A stretch of 48,538 nt of DNA from an uncultured Bacilli bacterium (GTDB lineage: Bacteria > Bacillota_I > Bacilli_A > RF39 > UBA660): positions 1 to 48,538 of the forward strand of contig CANQAT010000002.1 in the NCBI GenBank assembly GCA_947588925.1, read 5' to 3'. Under the pieces are notes generated by a model, which was given only the letters and a program-made list of their open reading frames with translations, searched no databases and was not told the DNA's origin. A program made the position numbers and the translations under genes. Shown one piece after another: positions 45,037-48,538 of this stretch; the stretch's first letter is position 1, and every line of letters begins with the position of its first letter.

Positions 45037-46482
45037 CTATTTTTTATATGATATATCATATACACTAGGTCCTTTTATACATTTACCATCTACAGTAAAT
45101 CTTGATGAGTGACAAGGACAGTCCCAAGTCTTTTCTTTTTCATTAAATATTAGGTTGCACCCCAAGTGTGGACATTTATTTATTATAGTATGTTTAACGT
45201 TATTTTTATCTATATAAGTAGCAAGACTTTTACCACCTTCTTTAGTAAATGTTATATTTTTATACCAAGGTTTGTTTTTTATTAATTTAGGACCTAAAAA
45301 TGATTTAGTTTGACTAAATATTATGTATGGCAATTCTTTTATATTAGATTTATTAAATCTAGTAGGATTAAATATACTTGCATATCTATTATTTCTATTT
45401 AGTATCATATCAGAGATAATTTTCGCTCCAAGTATTCCATTAGTCATACCCCAAGTATTATAACCACAAGATATATACATATTAGTTTTTAACTTTCCTA
45501 TATAAGGTAGACTATCTATAGTCATTATATCTGTATTAGTATAGCTCATTACTATATCTTTACTATTTAAGTTAAATATTTCTTTTACTCTATTAAAGTG
45601 ATATAAATCATTTTGTTTAAATGCAGTATTATGACTTTCTGCTAAAGATATTTGATATATAGTATCATTATCTTCATAAAACCTACAAGAATATGTAGGA
45701 TTAGATGAACTTATACAAGTAAAATTCAAGTCTTTTTCTACTTTACTTACTATTATATATGATTTTTCTATGTATGACTTTATAGGCAAGTAAAAAGGTA
45801 TAGTAAAGTATGGATAATGAGAGGCTATTACTACTTTTTTAGCCTTTATTTTATACTTTGGAGTATAACAGTTATAGTGTGTCCATAGTTTTTCTATTTT
45901 TATTATCTTAGTATTTTCATATATATGCATATTACTTTCTATTTTATTATATATACCTTGTAAATATTTTATAGGATTAAATATATATGTGTCTTTAACA
46001 CAGTATGATTTATATGATGTAATTTTATTTGGCAAATCTTTTTCATATACTTTTATACCCTGCTCTTTTAAAAACTCTACTTCTTTTTTTAAGGGTTCTA
46101 CTTCACTTTGTTTATTTGCAAATACAAATGATGGTACGCGTTTAAAATCACAGTCGATAGCCTCTTCTTTTATTATTTTTTTAATAGAATTTATTGCGTA
46201 TCTTTCTGACTTTAAATATTTAATAGCAGCACTTTTATTTACTTGTTTTATTATTTTAGTATATATTTTACCTTGAAAATAATTTATTTTAGCAGTTGTA
46301 TTAAGTGTTACGCCATGACCTATTTTAGATGAATCTACTACACATACATTTTTATTATTTCTTAAGTAATATGCTAAAGTCATACCAGTTATTCCCGCAC
46401 CTATTATAAGTACATCTACTTCTATATCACTTTTTAATATCTCTTTTTTAGTCTTTATTTCTTTTTTATTCCATATACTCAT
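45037..46482 (-). CDS. FAD-dependent oxidoreductase fused to a C-terminal Rieske [2Fe-2S] domain
   Basis: Dinucleotide fold VLIIGAGITGMTLAYYL. C-terminal CPHLGC...CPCHSSRF is the Rieske CxH...CxxH motif. Confidence 0.85.
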   Translation of the reverse strand: MSIWNKKEIKTKKEILKSDIEVDVLIIGAGITGMTLAYYLRNNKNVCVVDSSKIGHGVTLNTTAKINYFQGKIYTKIIKQVNKSAAIKYLKSERYAINSIKKIIKEEAIDCDFKRVPSFVFANKQSEVEPLKKEVEFLKEQGIKVYEKDLPNKITSYKSYCVKDTYIFNPIKYLQGIYNKIESNMHIYENTKIIKIEKLWTHYNCYTPKYKIKAKKVVIASHYPYFTIPFYLPIKSYIEKSYIIVSKVEKDLNFTCISSSNPTYSCRFYEDNDTIYQISLAESHNTAFKQNDLYHFNRVKEIFNLNSKDIVMSYTNTDIMTIDSLPYIGKLKTNMYISCGYNTWGMTNGILGAKIISDMILNRNNRYASIFNPTRFNKSNIKELPYIIFSQTKSFLGPKLIKNKPWYKNITFTKEGGKSLATYIDKNNVKHTIINKCPHLGCNLIFNEKEKTWDCPCHSSRFTVDGKCIKGPSVYDISYKK

Positions 46483-46510
46483 ATAATCACCAATTATAGT
46501 TTGTACGCAT

Positions 46511-46537
46511 TAAAAAAAAGTATGAATAAATCATACT
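46511..46537 (-). terminator. intrinsic terminator after the desulfoferrodoxin-like gene
   Basis: Minus strand reads AGTATGA-tttat-TCATACT followed by TTTTTTTAA. The stem overlaps the TAG stop. Confidence 0.5.
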
Positions 46538-46907
46538 AATCAATTTCTTTTTCCCAAAGTCCGTGTTTATTGCAATATGAATAGAGTGTTCCTTTAGAAT
46601 AGTCAAATGTTGCAGTCGCACAACTATTAGGATTTAAATAAACATATTCTTCTCTCTCATCATTTATAAAGCATATCCATTCTATAAAGTGATCACTTTC
46701 CATAACATGGTTTACTTTAACAATTATTTTACCATCTTTAACTTCATATTCTGGAATATGTTTTTCAAAAGCAGCTTCTTTAGAGTTAATATCTAAATCT
46801 ACTAACTTTTTACCACAACATTCAAAATTACATGAACATTTGCAGTCTTTAATTACTTTAACCATTGCCCCGCAACTAGAACACTTTTTTAACATCAACT
46901 TTCTCAT
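46536..46907 (-). CDS. dfx: desulfoferrodoxin-type superoxide reductase
   Basis: N-terminal desulforedoxin-like Cys cluster (CSSCG...CCGKKL), then EKHIPEY, NHVMESDHFIEWI and YCNKHGLW (SOR centre II ligand pattern). Start at ATG 46907 after GGGTGA. Confidence 0.8.
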   Translation of the reverse strand: MRKLMLKKCSSCGAMVKVIKDCKCSCNFECCGKKLVDLDINSKEAAFEKHIPEYEVKDGKIIVKVNHVMESDHFIEWICFINDEREEYVYLNPNSCATATFDYSKGTLYSYCNKHGLWEKEID

Positions 46908-46963
46908 TTTATCACCCATTTAATTATACTATAAAATGTTTTAAAAAGATAGATTTTAGATAT

Positions 46964-48538
46964 TTATACGTATGTGAACTCTCCACTAAAACCAGAGGTA
47001 CTTTTTAATTCATCCCATTTGCTTCCTTTTACTTTAACTACTTTTAAGTTTGTACAATTATAAAACATGCTTGTCATATCCGTTACATTTGATGTATCAA
47101 ACATGCTTAAATCTAGTTCTGTTAGACCACTACATCCATTAAACATATTAAGCATATTTTCTACTTGTGAAGTATTAAAATTACTTAAATCTAGACTTGT
47201 TAAGCTACTACAGTTAAAAAATACATCAGACATATTTTTTACACTACTTGTATTAAAATTTTTACCAAATATTATTTTTTTTAAGTTAGTACATCTATTA
47301 AACATTTCTCTCATATTTGTTATTTTTGAGGTATTAAAGCTTCTTAAATCTAATTCATCTATACTACTACAACTGTTAAACATTCTTTCAAAATTTTCTA
47401 CTTCACTTAAATTTAAATATTCTCCAAATTTTATACTTTTCAAATTGCTACAATAAGCAAACATCTGATATACAGATTTTAAATCCCTTGTATTAAAACC
47501 ACTTAAATCTATTTTTTCTAAATTCTTACAATTATAAAACATACTTGACATCGTATCAACATTTAAAGCATCAAATTTTTCACTAAATTTAATTTCTATA
47601 ATGTTTATACATCCACTAAACATACTTGACATATTTATTACATTAGATACATTAAAATTGCTTAAATCAAGTGTTTCCAAATTACTACAATTTATAAACA
47701 TGTTTGACATATCTGTTACTTGTGATGTATTTAATAAAGTTATATCTAAGTCTTTCAAATTTTCACAATAAAAAAACATATCAGACATATTTAATACACT
47801 TGATGTATCAATATTTTCGCTAAATATTATTTTTTTTAAATTTGTACATCTATTAAACATTTCTCTCATATTTGTTACACGACCTGTATCAAAACTTCTT
47901 AAATCTAATTCTATTAAATTTATACACCTATTAAACATTCCGCTCATATTTACTACATTACTTGTATCAAGTCCATTAAAATTTATTTCTTTTACTGACT
48001 GAAAATTATAAAAAATACTATCAATAGTTGAAGGACAATTTATATATCCATCACTATATACATATATCGCACCTGTTTTATCATCATAATATCCTTTTAT
48101 ACTTCCATCACTTTTTGATGATAAATCTGTATATTCCAGTTCTTCTAATTCTTCTTTAGTTAAACTTTCAGGAAGTACACTATCTTGTAAAAAGATTATT
48201 GTCTTTACTTTCGTATCTATTGTATTCCCAATATCTCCTACTAAGGTTTTTATTTTTGAATTAAATGTTGACCCATCTACTAGTGTACTCTCATTTAAAT
48301 TCTTAAGTATTTCTATATCTTCATCTGTTACTCTTGCATAATAATCATCTATTAAGCCTTTTAGTACTCTTGTTACTTTACTATCTTCTATTAGAAGTAA
48401 TCCACTCTTTAGTCCTCTTCCATCATAGTTTATAAATATCTCTTTATCTCCTAGTACTATCTTTTTACCATTATCAGTAATAGTATATAATCCATCTTTT
48501 ACATTATTAAATACTTCTTCATTTATTAAAGATGTATT
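46964..48538 (-). CDS. DUF285/BspA-type LRR surface protein, paralogue of 24178-26016; 5' end lies beyond the window
   Basis: The track lists only 46964-47947 (first Met). The same frame is open for all 197 codons up to 48538 and translates to NTSLINEEVFNNVKDGLYTITDNGKKIVLGDKEIFINYDGRGLKSG..., colinear with residues about 57 onward of the 24178-26016 product. About 13 LRR units. Confidence 0.82.
   Translation of the reverse strand, partial: NTSLINEEVFNNVKDGLYTITDNGKKIVLGDKEIFINYDGRGLKSGLLLIEDSKVTRVLKGLIDDYYARVTDEDIEILKNLNESTLVDGSTFNSKIKTLVGDIGNTIDTKVKTIIFLQDSVLPESLTKEELEELEYTDLSSKSDGSIKGYYDDKTGAIYVYSDGYINCPSTIDSIFYNFQSVKEINFNGLDTSNVVNMSGMFNRCINLIELDLRSFDTGRVTNMREMFNRCTNLKKIIFSENIDTSSVLNMSDMFFYCENLKDLDITLLNTSQVTDMSNMFINCSNLETLDLSNFNVSNVINMSSMFSGCINIIEIKFSEKFDALNVDTMSSMFYNCKNLEKIDLSGFNTRDLKSVYQMFAYCSNLKSIKFGEYLNLSEVENFERMFNSCSSIDELDLRSFNTSKITNMREMFNRCTNLKKIIFGKNFNTSSVKNMSDVFFNCSSLTSLDLSNFNTSQVENMLNMFNGCSGLTELDLSMFDTSNVTDMTSMFYNCTNLKVVKVKGSKWDELKSTSGFSGEFTYV

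Noticed and set aside
47067-47456. Plus-strand ORFs 47067-47456 and 24848-25162 opposite the LRR genes
   Set aside because: They arise from the periodic LRR codons read in antisense, giving repetitive L/K/S-rich products.
1-48538. Alternative genetic code (UGA=Trp, as in Mollicutes), considered because of the very low G+C and the DUF285 repeats
   Set aside because: An RF2 gene with a functional-looking UGA frameshift site is present. Several well-supported genes, for example abiEi at 30554-30556, terminate at TGA.

Overview
This is a very AT-rich chromosomal segment from a spore-forming, low-GC Firmicute. Almost all genes are on the minus strand. The genetic code is standard: an RF2 gene is present with the classic CTT-TGA-C +1 frameshift site, and some ORFs end in TGA.

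Core genes are priA, ppdK, ftsE/ftsX, prfB, a hybrid histidine kinase, two alpha/beta-type SASP genes, thiI, yunB, ldh, tRNA-Lys(CTT), the spoVAC-AD-AE operon, and a division/cell-wall (dcw) cluster. The dcw cluster runs mraZ-rsmH-ftsL-pbp ... spoVD-like pbp ... mraY ... ftsW/spoVE and is physically broken up by accessory DNA.

Accessory content falls into four groups:
1. Five dispersed genes have products that start with a prepilin-type (class III) signal, M(K/R)N(K/E)G|FTLxEL. These N-termini are fused to large, mutually unrelated surface modules: FGE/SUMF1-like, an unnamed beta-rich module, about 13-14 DUF285/BspA-type LRRs (two paralogues), and DUF6273-like. No pilus or competence assembly genes lie in the window. 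Two of these genes share a conserved promoter/leader.
2. A block at about 29.5-34.3 kb lies between the two PBP genes. It carries AbiEi/AbiEii, an uncharacterised 241-aa gene plus a DUF4143 AAA ATPase, and a class II Fic protein. No integrase or transposase is present.
3. A cadC/cadA-like metal efflux pair with an ArsR-type operator.
4. Decayed ORF6N-like fragments and hairpin repeats.

No rRNA, CRISPR array, transposase or integrase was seen. All family assignments come from motif recognition by eye, not from database searches.
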